From NCBI RefSeq assembly GCF_055900595.2, contig NZ_JBVWEU010000002.1: DNA of 64,000 nt; one strand, 5' to 3'. Every line of letters begins with the position of its first letter. The first letter of the stretch is position 1. The position numbers were made by a program, and so were the translations under genes. This DNA comes from a plasmid. Shown here piece by piece: positions 1 to 11,280 of the stretch. The notes below the pieces were generated by a model that was not told where the DNA came from, did no database searches, and was given only the letters and a program-made list of their open reading frames with translations.

Positions 1-3000
1 TATTATCAGCCAGCAGGCTCTCTCCGTTACGGCTGCCCTGCAGGGCCACGAACTGCGCATCCCCGCTGCCTTTCACACGGCCTTCACCACTGAATCCCCG
101 CAGCCCGTTTCCGTCATCCGTGGTCAGTGGGTTCAGCCAGATACCTGCTGACTTGCCGTTACGGTCAAACGCCGGCAGTGCCACATACGGCTGCGGATAT
201 TTGCGCCCCGGTGCAATAAACCGTGCAGGACTGTCTCCCCCGGCCAGCCCCGCCTGACGAAGAACGGCACGGCCTGCCGCCACGTCCCGCAGCTCCCGCG
301 CCGTACTGAACAGCCGCTCTGCATTCATGACCTCCCGGTCCGGTTTCGGCTCAAACACATCGTGGGCCGTACCTTTCTGTACGGCATTGTTGATGGCATC
401 CGTCCAGCCCTGACGGTTATCGGTGTACACCTGCACATGCTGCTTCATACGCGACAGGGCCACGTAGGCTGACTCAAAGCCGGCCATCAGTTTCCGGTTA
501 CCTTCCGTGCCTTCAAGCGCGATGGCAAAGGTTTCACTTGCCCCCTGCGCACCGTGGGCGGTGATGGCATAAGCCAGGTCAATATGTTGCTCTGCCCGCT
601 CCTGACCGGGGCGAATCACCCGGGTCTGCTGTCCGTCCGACAGCGTGACACTGTCACCGGAAACCGCTGTCACCGTCCAGACGCTGTTGGCCACATAGCC
701 GCGCTCCCGATCACTCTTCGTGAAGCGCATCCGGTCACCGGTTCCCACCCGGATGGTGTCCGGGGTGTACAGTGTGACGCCTTCAGCCACCGCCTCCCGG
801 GGCGAAATCAGCCGCGTGTTACCTTCCGCATCCTGCAGGGTTATCAGCCCGTCATCCTTACTGATACCGGCAATCCGGTGATACGCATTATCCACCAGGA
901 CAAGTGCGTCCCGATGTGTCTCCCAGGTGGAGAGACGACGCAGTTCTCCGTCACGTATATTCGCTGTGTTCAGGACAGGCACCATGACCTGCTCTTTGCC
1001 CAGCTCACCGGCCTTTTCCCGTGCATCATGAATCATGCTGTTCAGTACGCGCCGGTCCTCATTCAGGTGTGTGACAATCAGCGTCTGCTCCCGTGCTTCC
1101 GGTGTCCTGCCGGTATAGTCGCGGACAATGGCTTCATACAGTGTCATGGGGATATCCGGGAAAGCCTCGCCTTTCAGCATCGCCTTCTGCTGCGCTTCTG
1201 CCAGTTTCGCTTCCTGGCTGTGACTGAACTCCGTCACGGAGTGCTCCGGTGCCCATGCGCCCTCCAGACGTGGCACCTGAGACGGTTTCACGCTCTCAAG
1301 CCCGGACAGTGCCCTTTCCACATCCCGGTTAATCAGGCTGTATACCGCCTCCCGCAGTTCCGGCGTCTGACGCACAATCTCCTTCATGATGACCACATCG
1401 GCAGCACTGCGCGTCTGCTGGAGACGGAAAGGCTGACCGGGCGCGATGGCCTGCAGCTGGTCCGTGTCACCGCTGGCCACAGCCCGACCGCCACCGGCCG
1501 CAATCAGGGCGTATGCCCGTGCCATGTCGGTATTGCCCACCATTGAGCTCTCATCGAGCAGGAACAGCGTGTTGCTGAAATCCGGCGTTTCTCCGCTGCG
1601 CTGCTGCATCTGCGTGTCATGCAGAAAGGACGCCAGTGTCTGTGCATCCACGCCGGCGCTGCGCATCTCCCCGACCGCACGGTGCGTGGGGCCCAGCCCA
1701 ACGACACGGGGACGCTCACTCTCCGGCAGCATGTTCACGGCTGACATCACCGCCCGGAACTGTGTGGTCTTACCCACGCCGGCATAGCCCTGCACCACCG
1801 TGAAACGGTCGGACGTTTCCAGTATCATGCGGGTGGCGGCACGCTGTCCTGATGTCAGTTTCTCCATGAGTTCGCCAGGTACTCTCTCCATCAGCGGCGT
1901 GACCGCCTCCTTACCTTCGAGAATATGGCGAAGAATGCTCTTTTCTGCCTCATACGACGCACGGGAAACCAGCAGGCCTGTGCCATAGCCTTTTGCCACA
2001 TCCACATACAGTAAATCACCGCGTTTTATCTGCGCATTGATTTCCCCTCCCAGGTCGATAAAACTGGTTCCTTCTGCAGCAAACGACTTCGCCTCTGTCA
2101 GCAGGTCCACCATGCTGAAGGCCAGGTTTTTACTTTCCAGCACAGGAAGGGCCAGATGAATAGCCTGCTGTGCCGGCGTGTGAAGCCCGGCTTTCTGCAG
2201 ACTGATAGCGGTTTCCAGCAATGTCTCACCGGCACGCGCCTTTATCTGCTCAGAAACCACCGTAAAGGAGGGATGACGGGCAAGTTTTTCCGCAGTACGG
2301 GTTTCATCCAGTGAAGAATACAGCCGGACATCACGACCGCTGCGGGCCAGACCGTTCAGGGTGGCGTTGTCCATTGCCATCTGTGTGACGGAGGCAAAAA
2401 CCTTCGCACTGTCGCTGACGGAATGCCCGGGCGTTTCCACCCAGCCGTTCTCCAGCTTCAGTGCCGTGAACGGTGAATCAGCCACAGGCAGGGTGGCCGG
2501 TTCAGCCCGCCCCGGCACAACAACCGTCATCGCATCTTCACTGACGGATGCCACCTGCAGGCGGTCACCGCCGGAGACGCGGAGTCCGGGAATTTTCCCT
2601 GTCACCCTCAGACGCTCGCCGTCTGCCACCGGCATTTTTTCCGGCCGGAACAGCGACCAGCTGCTGTCCAGAGAAGAAATACGCACCACCTGCGTTTCAC
2701 CCTGCGCATCCCGCAGGGTCAGGCTGTGACTCTGCGCCGTCACCCGGTCTATCACATAGCGGTCATGACTGCGTGTCTCCGGGTTCCACTGCTCCATCAC
2801 CATTCCCGGGCGGTACATATCCCGCAGATAACGGCTCCGGCTGTCCAGCCAGACCGGTGACAGTGCCGTCATGGTCACCTCCTGATGTCCGAGCACGCCC
2901 TGTGTTTTCAGCTCACTGCGAATGGCCTGTGTCAGTATGGCCTGTTCCCGTACCCCGCTGACCTGTGCCACGCTCTCTTCTCCGGCTTTCACGCTGGCCG

Positions 3001-4762
3001 CAAAATCTCCTGCCAGCCGGGCATAGCGGACATTACGGTCCGGTTCACTGATGATGGTGGCCGGTCGCTGTTCTCCCCCCTGCCAGCGATATGTGTTCAC
3101 CCCGGCATCCTTCATGGCCATCAGCGCACTGCCTGTACCGGTTCGCTGCCCGCTGTCGGTTATCAGGACCTGTACGTTATGACGTGCGGCACCGTCCAGC
3201 AGGGTTAACGTCTCTTTCAGGGAGAGTTTTTCGCCCTGGTCAACGATAACAGTACTGCCCGGCGTGAAGGCCATGCCTTCCAGCAACTGACGACGTCCGG
3301 TTATCAGCTCACCGGACAGCCGTTCATCCTGCTTCAGGTTCATCTGCGAGCGACGGTCAGCAGCGATAATCTGCACTTCCCGCCCCTGCTCCCGGGCCAT
3401 CATGACCAGTTCAGCCACCCGCTCACGCTGCCCGGCTGCACCGCCCTGCCCGGACACAATGGCCAGCGACGGACGGTCCTGTGCCAGAACACTGACCGCA
3501 TCGCTGTAACCAGCCGTCCGGGGGACACTTTTCTCCGGATGTACGGTCACCCGGTTCTGTTTCATGATGTCACGACTGAGTGCCCGGACGGACAGCTCAT
3601 CGAGCACATGAATTCCTGATGCGAACAGCCCCTTCTCACGGTCGAGGGGGATAAGCTGCTCACGACTGATGGTCTCATCGATACCGGCGCGTGCCCGTTC
3701 AATCACACCATTTTCCGGCGGCAGTATACCGACCGTTCTGGCCAGCACGTCCGTGTACGTAAACTGCACTTTTCGTTCACTTAATCCGGCAATCGCCTGT
3801 GTCACCGCCTGCTGCACATCCGGCCCCTCCTGTGAAACAGCCCCGGGCGCCTGCGTGCGGGTCTCCGCACGCTGATCCGCCGCGTCACGATATGCCCGGA
3901 TGTCGAACCCGGTTTCCTTCAGCGTCTGCATCCATTCAGCCATTCTGACTTCAGGATCGACGTGCTGTTTGGATTTTCGCGTATCCAGTGCCGCCACATC
4001 CCGGGATTTCAGCGAGGCATCTTCCCCGACGGCCTCCCGGATTGCCTGTGAGCGTCCGGAAAAGGCCTCCACCGGTACGCCCGGCATCTCCCACATACCG
4101 TGCTTACCCACCACTTCGGTTTCATAGCCCAGCGCCTCAACCTGCTCTTTCAGTTTTTCCCGGTAGAGCCTGCCAAAGGCAATCTGATTAGCGTACACAT
4201 TCTCAATGAACCCCGTTTTCCCCACTTTGTCACTGCTCAGTGTCTTCCATTCGCCGTTATGCTGCGTGACATTAGCCACCACCGCATGCGTGTGTAACTG
4301 TGGTTCCTGATCGCGACTGGTGTCGTGGTTAAACAGTGCCATCACCAGATTACCGGTCAGCACCGTTTCTGACTGTCCGTCCGTCATCACCCGTGTGGAG
4401 GCCAGCGCCTCCACCTGACGAACAGCAAAGTCCACGGCCTGGTTATGTGCATCAATCAGGCGCTTATCGCCACCTAACATGGCCATCATGGAGACACTTT
4501 TGGGGGCGGAGAAGGTCAGGTCGTAGCCGGGACGATGCCTGTTACTGCCATCCTGCATGCGGCTTAGATCCGCTCCGTCCGGCAGCCTTCCCTCCAGAAG
4601 ACGGGTAAAAACATCCTTATCGACACTGCCCTGCAGTCCCAGCTGTTCAGCCCCCCTGCCGGCCCAGCGTTCTCCCATGCTGCCCAGCACATAGTAATTA
4701 TCCTTGTCGGTATAATAGTTACCGGCACTTCCGGCCGATCTGACCTGCGCGATACTCATCAT
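1..4762 (-). CDS. traI: TraI relaxase/helicase, N-terminal ~1587 codons; 3' end lies beyond window start
   Basis: Not in ORF track because no stop in window. Manual reverse-complement translation from 4762 gives [27 protein letters not shown], matching my memory of the F TraI N-terminus. Frame must be open to position 2, since no stop-terminated minus ORF is reported. ATG overlaps the traD stop (ATGA at 4760-4764). Confidence 0.9.
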   Translation of the reverse strand, partial: MMSIAQVRSAGSAGNYYTDKDNYYVLGSMGERWAGRGAEQLGLQGSVDKDVFTRLLEGRLPDGADLSRMQDGSNRHRPGYDLTFSAPKSVSMMAMLGGDKRLIDAHNQAVDFAVRQVEALASTRVMTDGQSETVLTGNLVMALFNHDTSRDQEPQLHTHAVVANVTQHNGEWKTLSSDKVGKTGFIENVYANQIAFGRLYREKLKEQVEALGYETEVVGKHGMWEMPGVPVEAFSGRSQAIREAVGEDASLKSRDVAALDTRKSKQHVDPEVRMAEWMQTLKETGFDIRAYRDAADQRAETRTQAPGAVSQEGPDVQQAVTQAIAGLSERKVQFTYTDVLARTVGILPPENGVIERARAGIDETISREQLIPLDREKGLFASGIHVLDELSVRALSRDIMKQNRVTVHPEKSVPRTAGYSDAVSVLAQDRPSLAIVSGQGGAAGQRERVAELVMMAREQGREVQIIAADRRSQMNLKQDERLSGELITGRRQLLEGMAFTPGSTVIVDQGEKLSLKETLTLLDGAARHNVQVLITDSGQRTGTGSALMAMKDAGVNTYRWQGGEQRPATIISEPDRNVRYARLAGDFAASVKAGEESVAQVSGVREQAILTQAIRSELKTQGVLGHQEVTMTALSPVWLDSRSRYLRDMYRPGMVMEQWNPETRSHDRYVIDRVTAQSHSLTLRDAQGETQVVRISSLDSSWSLFRPEKMPVADGERLRVTGKIPGLRVSGGDRLQVASVSEDAMTVVVPGRAEPATLPVADSPFTALKLENGWVETPGHSVSDSAKVFASVTQMAMDNATLNGLARSGRDVRLYSSLDETRTAEKLARHPSFTVVSEQIKARAGETLLETAISLQKAGLHTPAQQAIHLALPVLESKNLAFSMVDLLTEAKSFAAEGTSFIDLGGEINAQIKRGDLLYVDVAKGYGTGLLVSRASYEAEKSILRHILEGKEAVTPLMERVPGELMEKLTSGQRAATRMILETSDRFTVVQGYAGVGKTTQFRAVMSAVNMLPESERPRVVGLGPTHRAVGEMRSAGVDAQTLASFLHDTQMQQRSGETPDFSNTLFLLDESSMVGNTDMARAYALIAAGGGRAVASGDTDQLQAIAPGQPFRLQQTRSAADVVIMKEIVRQTPELREAVYSLINRDVERALSGLESVKPSQVPRLEGAWAPEHSVTEFSHSQEAKLAEAQQKAMLKGEAFPDIPMTLYEAIVRDYTGRTPEAREQTLIVTHLNEDRRVLNSMIHDAREKAGELGKEQVMVPVLNTANIRDGELRRLSTWETHRDALVLVDNAYHRIAGISKDDGLITLQDAEGNTRLISPREAVAEGVTLYTPDTIRVGTGDRMRFTKSDRERGYVANSVWTVTAVSGDSVTLSDGQQTRVIRPGQERAEQHIDLAYAITAHGAQGASETFAIALEGTEGNRKLMAGFESAYVALSRMKQHVQVYTDNRQGWTDAINNAVQKGTAHDVFEPKPDREVMNAERLFSTARELRDVAAGRAVLRQAGLAGGDSPARFIAPGRKYPQPYVALPAFDRNGKSAGIWLNPLTTDDGNGLRGFSGEGRVKGSGDAQFVALQGSRNGESLLADN

Positions 4763-6924
4763 CAGAAATCATCTCCCGGCTCAACATCCTCCCCGCGCTC
4801 CCGGTGCACATTAATGTTCACCTCTTCACGACGCTGCATCTGCTGCTGGATGTCCGGATGATTTTCCTGTTGCCATGCCTCATAAGCGGCCATATCCACC
4901 ACTTCACCGGATTCACTGATCCCGGGTGGCAGTTGCTGTTCCATCTCTTCTTCCGGTTTCATTTTCAGCTCCTGCTCGATCCCCCCTGCCGGAACATTCA
5001 CACCTGAATCTGACTTCTTATCGTTGATGGCAGGAGACACCGGCTGTTGCGGCTGTTGCGGCTGTTCAGCCTGAGTCACGTCTTCTCCGGAAACAACTTC
5101 CGGCACATCCGGTTCGAAGAGGCTGGCCATCTGACGACCTTCTGCTTCCCTTGCGGCAAGTACGGCACTCAGACGGTTCTCCATTTCCGGGTTGATGTCA
5201 CGCGGAATAAACTCCGGAGCGACCTTCGGACGTGCCTGATATTTCAGTGAGAGTTTTACTGCCGGATACGGTCCGGGCAGGGTGACATAACAGGTCAAAT
5301 CCGGCAGAGACTGAATGTCAGAATAACTGACCAGCGTCTGGCGCTCCATATCCTTACCGGTCGATACCCCGTCACGTACCGGATCAGCACCGTAGGAGTA
5401 CTGCTCGCTGGCTTTCAGGTGCTCTTTCTCACCAATCTCACCGGCAGCGAACTCTGCAATCTTATGGCTGGGAGAACGGAAAAAGGCACGGGTGTTCATG
5501 ACGTCAAACAGCGTGGCAGCCGCTTTCTCACCGTAGATATCTTCCAGCTGGGCATAGGACTGGATACCAAACACATAACAGCCACCGAACTTACGGGCTT
5601 CCGGCAGGATCTCCACCAGGTCCGGCAGTTTGTGTAACGTGGGTAGCTCATCACAGAAAAACCACACACGACGGTTACGGTTTTCTCCCATTGCCAGCAG
5701 ACCACGAATGGCAATGGACAGCCACATGGAGATCACCGGCTTCAGGGAGGCATGGGTGTCGGCATTCGACGAGATAAACAGCCAGCCGTTTTTCTGATCT
5801 TCCCGGACACCCCGCATCCAGTCACGGATGGTAAAAGACTCACCGTTATGCTCAATCCCCTGCAGGTAACGGATGGCTTTCACGTAGTTGGTCAGCACAG
5901 CACGGATGGAAATCGCCGTTTTCTCAATTTTCTCTTCCACCAGGTTGGCCGCCGGTGAATTACGCAGGAAGGTACGCAGTTTTTCGATTTTGATGGAAAG
6001 CAGTGTGTCCACCAGTTTGCTGTAGCTGCGGTTGGGGTCATTACGCATCAGGTACGCCGCTTCCGCAAAAATGGTACGTCCTGAACCCTGCCAGAACGGG
6101 TCCTCTTTTGTGCCCATCGGGATCAGGGTATTTGCCGTATTATCAAAATCCGGCTGTGTCAGACACTCCTTCCATAAATCCCAGGCGGCACAGCGGGCAT
6201 CCAGCGGATTCAGGATCTTATCGATGGAGGGATCATAGTAACTTTTAACAAATTCCCCTGAACGGTCATAAATCACCACCATATCACCGCGCTGACGGGC
6301 GTAGTTGGCCAGACGACGGATAACTTCCGACTTACCGGCCCCGACCGTGCCGTGCAGACAGAAGTTCTGGATTTCAGAATCCCGGATAATCGGCAGGTCG
6401 CCAATCCGGATATCGGAGTCCTTGCCGTCTTTTTTCAGCATCCGGGCAACGTCTTTCGGATTGTCTGTCAGCTGACGACCACCTGTGACTTCATTTTCGC
6501 TCTGTTGTTTACCCTGACGCCCCAGAATCCAGGAGACAACAAAGAAGGTAATCAGGCAAATAACCAGTGCCACAACTGTGGCCAGAACGAATGCGGACCA
6601 TAGCTGCTCTCCGCACCAGATCATATATTTATCATGCAGTACCTGAGCAGCATTCATCCGGAAGGTTTTGCCGTAATACTGGATCTCATAGACCGGCTGG
6701 GACTTGATTAAATCCCGCATGCCTTCCAGCGTGGTACACCACCAGTAAATACAGCCGTTCACAAACGTCTGCCAGCTTATTTTTACCCATAAAACCAGAC
6801 CAACGAGTATCCAGAAAAAAATAAACAGGCAGTAAAGCATGATATTGGCGATCTGGCTGAACATGCGGATACGCATGGACGCAATCTGACCGCCCTGGGT
6901 CATATCCTTTGCGTTAAAACTCAT
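4762..6924 (-). CDS. traD: TraD type IV coupling protein (720 aa)
   Basis: ORF track. Near-identical to recalled F TraD along its length, including the Walker A (GTVGAGKS), the QQP repeat tract and the C-terminal ...EDVEPGDDF. Confidence 0.95.
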   Translation of the reverse strand: MSFNAKDMTQGGQIASMRIRMFSQIANIMLYCLFIFFWILVGLVLWVKISWQTFVNGCIYWWCTTLEGMRDLIKSQPVYEIQYYGKTFRMNAAQVLHDKYMIWCGEQLWSAFVLATVVALVICLITFFVVSWILGRQGKQQSENEVTGGRQLTDNPKDVARMLKKDGKDSDIRIGDLPIIRDSEIQNFCLHGTVGAGKSEVIRRLANYARQRGDMVVIYDRSGEFVKSYYDPSIDKILNPLDARCAAWDLWKECLTQPDFDNTANTLIPMGTKEDPFWQGSGRTIFAEAAYLMRNDPNRSYSKLVDTLLSIKIEKLRTFLRNSPAANLVEEKIEKTAISIRAVLTNYVKAIRYLQGIEHNGESFTIRDWMRGVREDQKNGWLFISSNADTHASLKPVISMWLSIAIRGLLAMGENRNRRVWFFCDELPTLHKLPDLVEILPEARKFGGCYVFGIQSYAQLEDIYGEKAAATLFDVMNTRAFFRSPSHKIAEFAAGEIGEKEHLKASEQYSYGADPVRDGVSTGKDMERQTLVSYSDIQSLPDLTCYVTLPGPYPAVKLSLKYQARPKVAPEFIPRDINPEMENRLSAVLAAREAEGRQMASLFEPDVPEVVSGEDVTQAEQPQQPQQPVSPAINDKKSDSGVNVPAGGIEQELKMKPEEEMEQQLPPGISESGEVVDMAAYEAWQQENHPDIQQQMQRREEVNINVHRERGEDVEPGDDF

Positions 6925-7144
6925 GATGATATTCCGAAGAAAAAAAGTTAGTCGGACTGATTATTAATGATGAAAAGATTAATAACCGTTAAATTCCGGC
7001 TTCGCCGGCAACACTTCACGGTCGCACAAAGAATTTGCACAACCGCTCAGTGTTTTCATATTTATTTCGGAAACGCCGGGGAGAAATAAAATTTATTTTA
7101 TTTCTTTCCGGGGTTGGACAACGAGCAAAGCGAGGCGTCAGTCA

Positions 7145-7167
7145 GGAGGCCGGTCAGACCAGCCTCC
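7145..7167 (-). terminator. Stem-loop (GGAGGC..GCCTCC) just downstream of traT; possible terminator/attenuator ahead of traD
   Basis: Inverted repeat ggaggccggtcagaccagcctcc seen in sequence. No clear U-run, so weak. Confidence 0.3.
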
Positions 7168-7176
7168 GGAAGATAA

Positions 7177-7908
7177 TCAGAGAATATTTGCGATTGATTT
7201 GGCCAGCTGGTCTTCGAGAACAGGCTTCGCCTCTTCAAATTTCAGGTTAACCTTGTTCGCATTTGAGACCACACGGGTCTGGTATTTATGCTGGTTACCT
7301 GTTTCAGTACTGGTCTGAATTTTCGCACCTGATGTGCCCTGACGCAGGGCGGCTACATTGTCCGTTGTCACCGTTGCCTTAGTACGCTCTGCAATCTGCA
7401 CATCCGTGATCATGGTATAGTTCACATCTTCCACCATCGCATCTGCAGCCATACCCACCAGACCGGCAGCAAGGCCCACACCGAGTGTGGCACCGGCAGA
7501 ACTGGAATTATATCCGGTGATACCGGCACCTAACGCTGCACCAACTGCTGCGCCTTCATAACCACGGTTCAGCCATCCCTGAGACTCCCGCAGATCCATC
7601 TTATCGGCCTTCAGCACATTCGCCTGAATCCAGTAGTAGGCTTTATCCGGAGAAGTCACCACCTGATACCCTTTTGCTTTCACAGCATCAGCAATTTTGC
7701 CCTGCAGCCCACTCATGTCTTTATCAGACGTGTTTTTGATCTGCAGAAATACCGTGCGTTCGCTGGCGGGTTCAAGCCAGATGGTCTCACTCATCTGAGT
7801 CTTCACCTCAAGGTTACGCTTCTTGATTGCTGTGCTCATCGCACCACACCCTGAAACGGCCAGAGTGGAACTGACCAGTGCAACCATCATCAATTTTTTT
7901 GTTTTCAT
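7177..7908 (-). CDS. traT: TraT surface-exclusion outer-membrane lipoprotein (243 aa from [21 protein letters not shown])
   Basis: ORF 7177..8007 contains the recalled TraT sequence. True start taken at the internal Met preceding the lipoprotein signal peptide. Confidence 0.93.
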   Translation of the reverse strand: MKTKKLMMVALVSSTLAVSGCGAMSTAIKKRNLEVKTQMSETIWLEPASERTVFLQIKNTSDKDMSGLQGKIADAVKAKGYQVVTSPDKAYYWIQANVLKADKMDLRESQGWLNRGYEGAAVGAALGAGITGYNSSSAGATLGVGLAAGLVGMAADAMVEDVNYTMITDVQIAERTKATVTTDNVAALRQGTSGAKIQTSTETGNQHKYQTRVVSNANKVNLKFEEAKPVLEDQLAKSIANIL

Positions 7909-7939
7909 CAAATTACCTTTATTACAAACCACAGTTTTC

Positions 7940-8455
7940 TTATCGCCTGTCATCATAGTCCTGCCAACAAGTCCCAAAAGTATTTCCTGCTGAATCAAAT
8001 CCTCCATGCATAGCTAATCCTGTTGCCGGATTAGTACGATAAAAATCCACATAATCAAAATTCACATCATCAAAATCCAGATGCAAATCTTCATTAGTTT
8101 GTTCATTTACCTGAGATTGCATCCATTCTCTTACACTTACACAACCACTAATTCGCCTTAATTCGTATAGTGTACCAATGATAAAAACCATCAGGCTTAA
8201 TAACGGAGAGAGTAAGGAAGATACTGGCATCAGTATATACCAAACGCCTTTACTGAATTTAAACTCATCCGACACATGCCGTTTTTTTCGTATTTGAGAA
8301 AATAACCATATAAACAATCCCTGCCATAGTACAATAAAGCACAGGATAAAAACTGTTTCGGCACTCCCCCAATCAGCCAGATAACAGGCAATGAACTGTA
8401 TCACCGTCACCAGAGCAATATGAGCTAAATTTTTCATTATCATCTCCCCATACAA
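7940..8455 (-). CDS. traS: TraS entry-exclusion inner-membrane protein
   Basis: Hydrophobic ~170-aa ORF in the canonical position between traG and traT. Exact start uncertain (Met1, Met5 or Met7). Confidence 0.7.
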   Translation of the reverse strand: MYGEMIMKNLAHIALVTVIQFIACYLADWGSAETVFILCFIVLWQGLFIWLFSQIRKKRHVSDEFKFSKGVWYILMPVSSLLSPLLSLMVFIIGTLYELRRISGCVSVREWMQSQVNEQTNEDLHLDFDDVNFDYVDFYRTNPATGLAMHGGFDSAGNTFGTCWQDYDDRR

Positions 8456-8457
8456 TA

Positions 8458-11280
8458 TTATTGCTTGTGCTTATCCTGATACTCCTTTGCTCTTTTCATC
8501 AGTTCCTGTGGACTGTCAGCCCCGGGCATTCTTTCCTGACCCGATTTTTCTTCATTATATTTATTATTCTGAGATAATGCCTCTGTTTTATGGTGATTTT
8601 GTAGTTCAGAATACTGTCTTCCTACAATATTTTCTTCGCCACGTATGCTGCTCTGAGTATCTCCGATATTGCCTCTGTATTCTGTGACCATATTATCAAC
8701 CTGATGTTTTACATCATTACGGATATTACTGTCCTGCGTTCTTTGCTCAATAATGGCCTGATGCCCCTGATGATCAGCAATAATATCCTGGCTGCCACCC
8801 CCCGAAGGTACGCTCTCCATTCCTTTACCGATGTCCCCACGGGATTCACGCCAGGCATTATCAACACCAGGCTGCACCTGTTCCTGAACAAAAGACCACG
8901 CCATAGCCCGACGGCGTTCTGCAATCTCCGGGGAACTGGTGTTTGTCAGAATAGCTTCGGCATCCTGCGGCGCGTGTTTCATCACATACTGTGCAAACTG
9001 TTGCGACAGGTCTTCACTCATCTGCCCACTCATGCTTTCAGTACGGGATGCCATTTCAGCATATTCATGGCTGCGGGTCATATTCGTCGTGTACTGGTCG
9101 TAACTCTGTTTTGCTGAGTTCAGGGCTGCAGACAGCTGGTCCACACGGGAATCGGCATTATTGTCCGTATGGCTGCCGGATTCACTGACCTTGCGACTGG
9201 TAAAGTAATCGCTGGCCTCTTTAAAGTCTTGTGTAGCCCTGGCATCGATATCATGGCGAGCATCATGGCTGGCCCGTGAACCACTGCTGGCCTGATGCGC
9301 ATCCTCATCACTCCAGTCAATACTTGCCCGACCACCACCTCTAACACCTACGCCACCACCAACACCAAGAATTTTAGGTTTAACCCCCCATTCAGCATGA
9401 GCATCGCCATACATCCCCGCAGAACCTCTCGTACTTCTTGATGCCAGTTCTCTTGTCGCCTGCTCATTACTGATATTATGCGCCTTCGCATAGCTTTCCA
9501 CTGCGCTGCGCATACGGCTGGCCATCATGGAGTCCTGTGCACTCATCGTGCTGTCAGCACCACCGGTGACAGAATCACTGCTCCCCCGGTTAGAACCAAA
9601 CTGACTGAGCGAGTTCCAGGCACTGGCAATACTGCTGCTGAACCCATGCAGGGCGCTTTCTGCTCTGTTCGACGCCTCCCGGGCCATTTCCTGTTGTGCC
9701 GCCGCAATCTGACGCGTTGCATTGATACCGACCGGTAAACGGGACATCGCCCCGCTCGCATCCATCACCATATTACCGTCACGGGTCTGTGTGGCGGTTG
9801 CGCCACTGCCGGTCTGGTACATCATCTGACCAAACGACGTGGTGCTGTTGGTGCTCCAGCTGAATCCGTTCACGTTTTCCGTCTGCATGTTGCCGTAGGA
9901 GTAATTACCGTCAACCACACTACCTGCCGCACTGGCAGTCGGGCTGATAGCAGAGGAAGCGAAATGGCTGTACACACTGGAAAATCCGGCCCCGAGTCCC
10001 CTGACCATCATCCAGGATAATGGCGGGATCATCATGGAAAGATACCCGGCAGTGGAAGCCAGATCGGAGTATTTCAGCTGTATCTGTGAAATTTCCGAGA
10101 GCACCACCGGTGCACCATTCTGCTTCGCATAAAATGTCATGGCGCTGTTCAGAATGGCGTACAACATTGGCCATGACTGCAACCACATCAGGGCAAACAC
10201 ATAGCCTTTCAGGACGGACAGCGTCAGTTTGTTGAAGACAGCCGCCAGTACCAGAAGCGGGAAAATACCGATGGCGATCCCCGTCAGGATGGTCTGCGTC
10301 ATGGGCAGTGTCCGCATCGCCACATGACCGATGGAGACATGTGCCAGACGTTGCTTCTCCATCGATGACGTGGTGGCCAGATTCACCAGGCTGGCTGAAT
10401 CACCATTACGCGCGGCATAACTGGTGATCCCCTCCTTCAGCGCATTGATGGTGACATTCTGGCGGATGATCTGGCTGGCTGATTTACTTGAGCCATAGAA
10501 GTAACTGTAACTGTCGCCAATCAGCGTACTGAACAACAGGTTCGGATCAGGGCGTCCACCAAATAGCTGCTGGGCATAATAATGCCAGGTTTTTCCGCCA
10601 CTCTGTGTATCCAGATTCAGCTTGTCTTTCAGCGAAACCGACGCGTCCTTACAGGTCACGAAATTATTATTGCTGTCATAAACGCCCCGTAGCGGACTGG
10701 GGCGGGAAAAAATCAGCGTGTAGGGATCAGCGGAGGCCATCAGCTCCTCCAGCGTGTATTTGTGGTTCAGGTAAATATCCCCCATCACGCAGTTCTGCAC
10801 ATAATCCTGGAAAAGATTGGCGATTTCCGGATTGCGGGACAAAAAGTCGGTGCTTTTTGATACCAGTTCTGCGCCAAACAGCATCCCCGTTTTGCTGTAG
10901 GTGACACTGTCCGGTTGCGTGAAGATCATCTCGTAACTGGCCACCATTGCATGCCCGATACGGGTCGTCAGTGAAAGTGGCATCGCCAGTCCGACCGGCA
11001 CATTATCCACCCGGTGAACTTTGACCAGGTCACTGTTATCAATAATCTGCACCGATGTGCGGACATTAACCAGCAGGCTGATAAGCACAAACACGGCCAC
11101 CCAGCCCAGCAAATCCATCACGTTGTGCCGCTGTACCCACATTACGGCCACCGCGAGAACAGACAATGTGAGCGCAATTTTTTCAATGGAATCCCACGTC
11201 CGGGTCCCCATAAAGGCGGCAATGGCATTCAGGTTATTCCGCAACCACTCACCACCGGCAATCACATAAACTTCATTCAC
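8458..11280 (-). CDS. traG: TraG mating-pair stabilisation / pilus assembly protein (940 aa)
   Basis: Size and position (F TraG is ~938 aa). N-terminal polytopic membrane domain plus large periplasmic C-terminal domain. Confidence 0.93.
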   Translation of the reverse strand: MNEVYVIAGGEWLRNNLNAIAAFMGTRTWDSIEKIALTLSVLAVAVMWVQRHNVMDLLGWVAVFVLISLLVNVRTSVQIIDNSDLVKVHRVDNVPVGLAMPLSLTTRIGHAMVASYEMIFTQPDSVTYSKTGMLFGAELVSKSTDFLSRNPEIANLFQDYVQNCVMGDIYLNHKYTLEELMASADPYTLIFSRPSPLRGVYDSNNNFVTCKDASVSLKDKLNLDTQSGGKTWHYYAQQLFGGRPDPNLLFSTLIGDSYSYFYGSSKSASQIIRQNVTINALKEGITSYAARNGDSASLVNLATTSSMEKQRLAHVSIGHVAMRTLPMTQTILTGIAIGIFPLLVLAAVFNKLTLSVLKGYVFALMWLQSWPMLYAILNSAMTFYAKQNGAPVVLSEISQIQLKYSDLASTAGYLSMMIPPLSWMMVRGLGAGFSSVYSHFASSAISPTASAAGSVVDGNYSYGNMQTENVNGFSWSTNSTTSFGQMMYQTGSGATATQTRDGNMVMDASGAMSRLPVGINATRQIAAAQQEMAREASNRAESALHGFSSSIASAWNSLSQFGSNRGSSDSVTGGADSTMSAQDSMMASRMRSAVESYAKAHNISNEQATRELASRSTRGSAGMYGDAHAEWGVKPKILGVGGGVGVRGGGRASIDWSDEDAHQASSGSRASHDARHDIDARATQDFKEASDYFTSRKVSESGSHTDNNADSRVDQLSAALNSAKQSYDQYTTNMTRSHEYAEMASRTESMSGQMSEDLSQQFAQYVMKHAPQDAEAILTNTSSPEIAERRRAMAWSFVQEQVQPGVDNAWRESRGDIGKGMESVPSGGGSQDIIADHQGHQAIIEQRTQDSNIRNDVKHQVDNMVTEYRGNIGDTQSSIRGEENIVGRQYSELQNHHKTEALSQNNKYNEEKSGQERMPGADSPQELMKRAKEYQDKHKQ

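Noticed and set aside
554-4608. Many plus-strand ORFs (up to 330 aa) across the first 4.7 kb
   Set aside because: They are antisense to the traI reading frame, which I verified by manual translation of the start and which matches F TraI. Their products are low-complexity Pro/Arg/Gly-rich sequences typical of antisense frames in GC-rich genes.
7908-8007. N-terminal extensions of ORFs in the track (traT to 8007, traW to 23670, traF to 15013, traJ to 34316, ssb to 42320, usher to 61649, chaperone to 59151)
   Set aside because: The ORF track reports the longest ATG-initiated frame. Signal-peptide positions and known protein lengths indicate the downstream Met is the real start.
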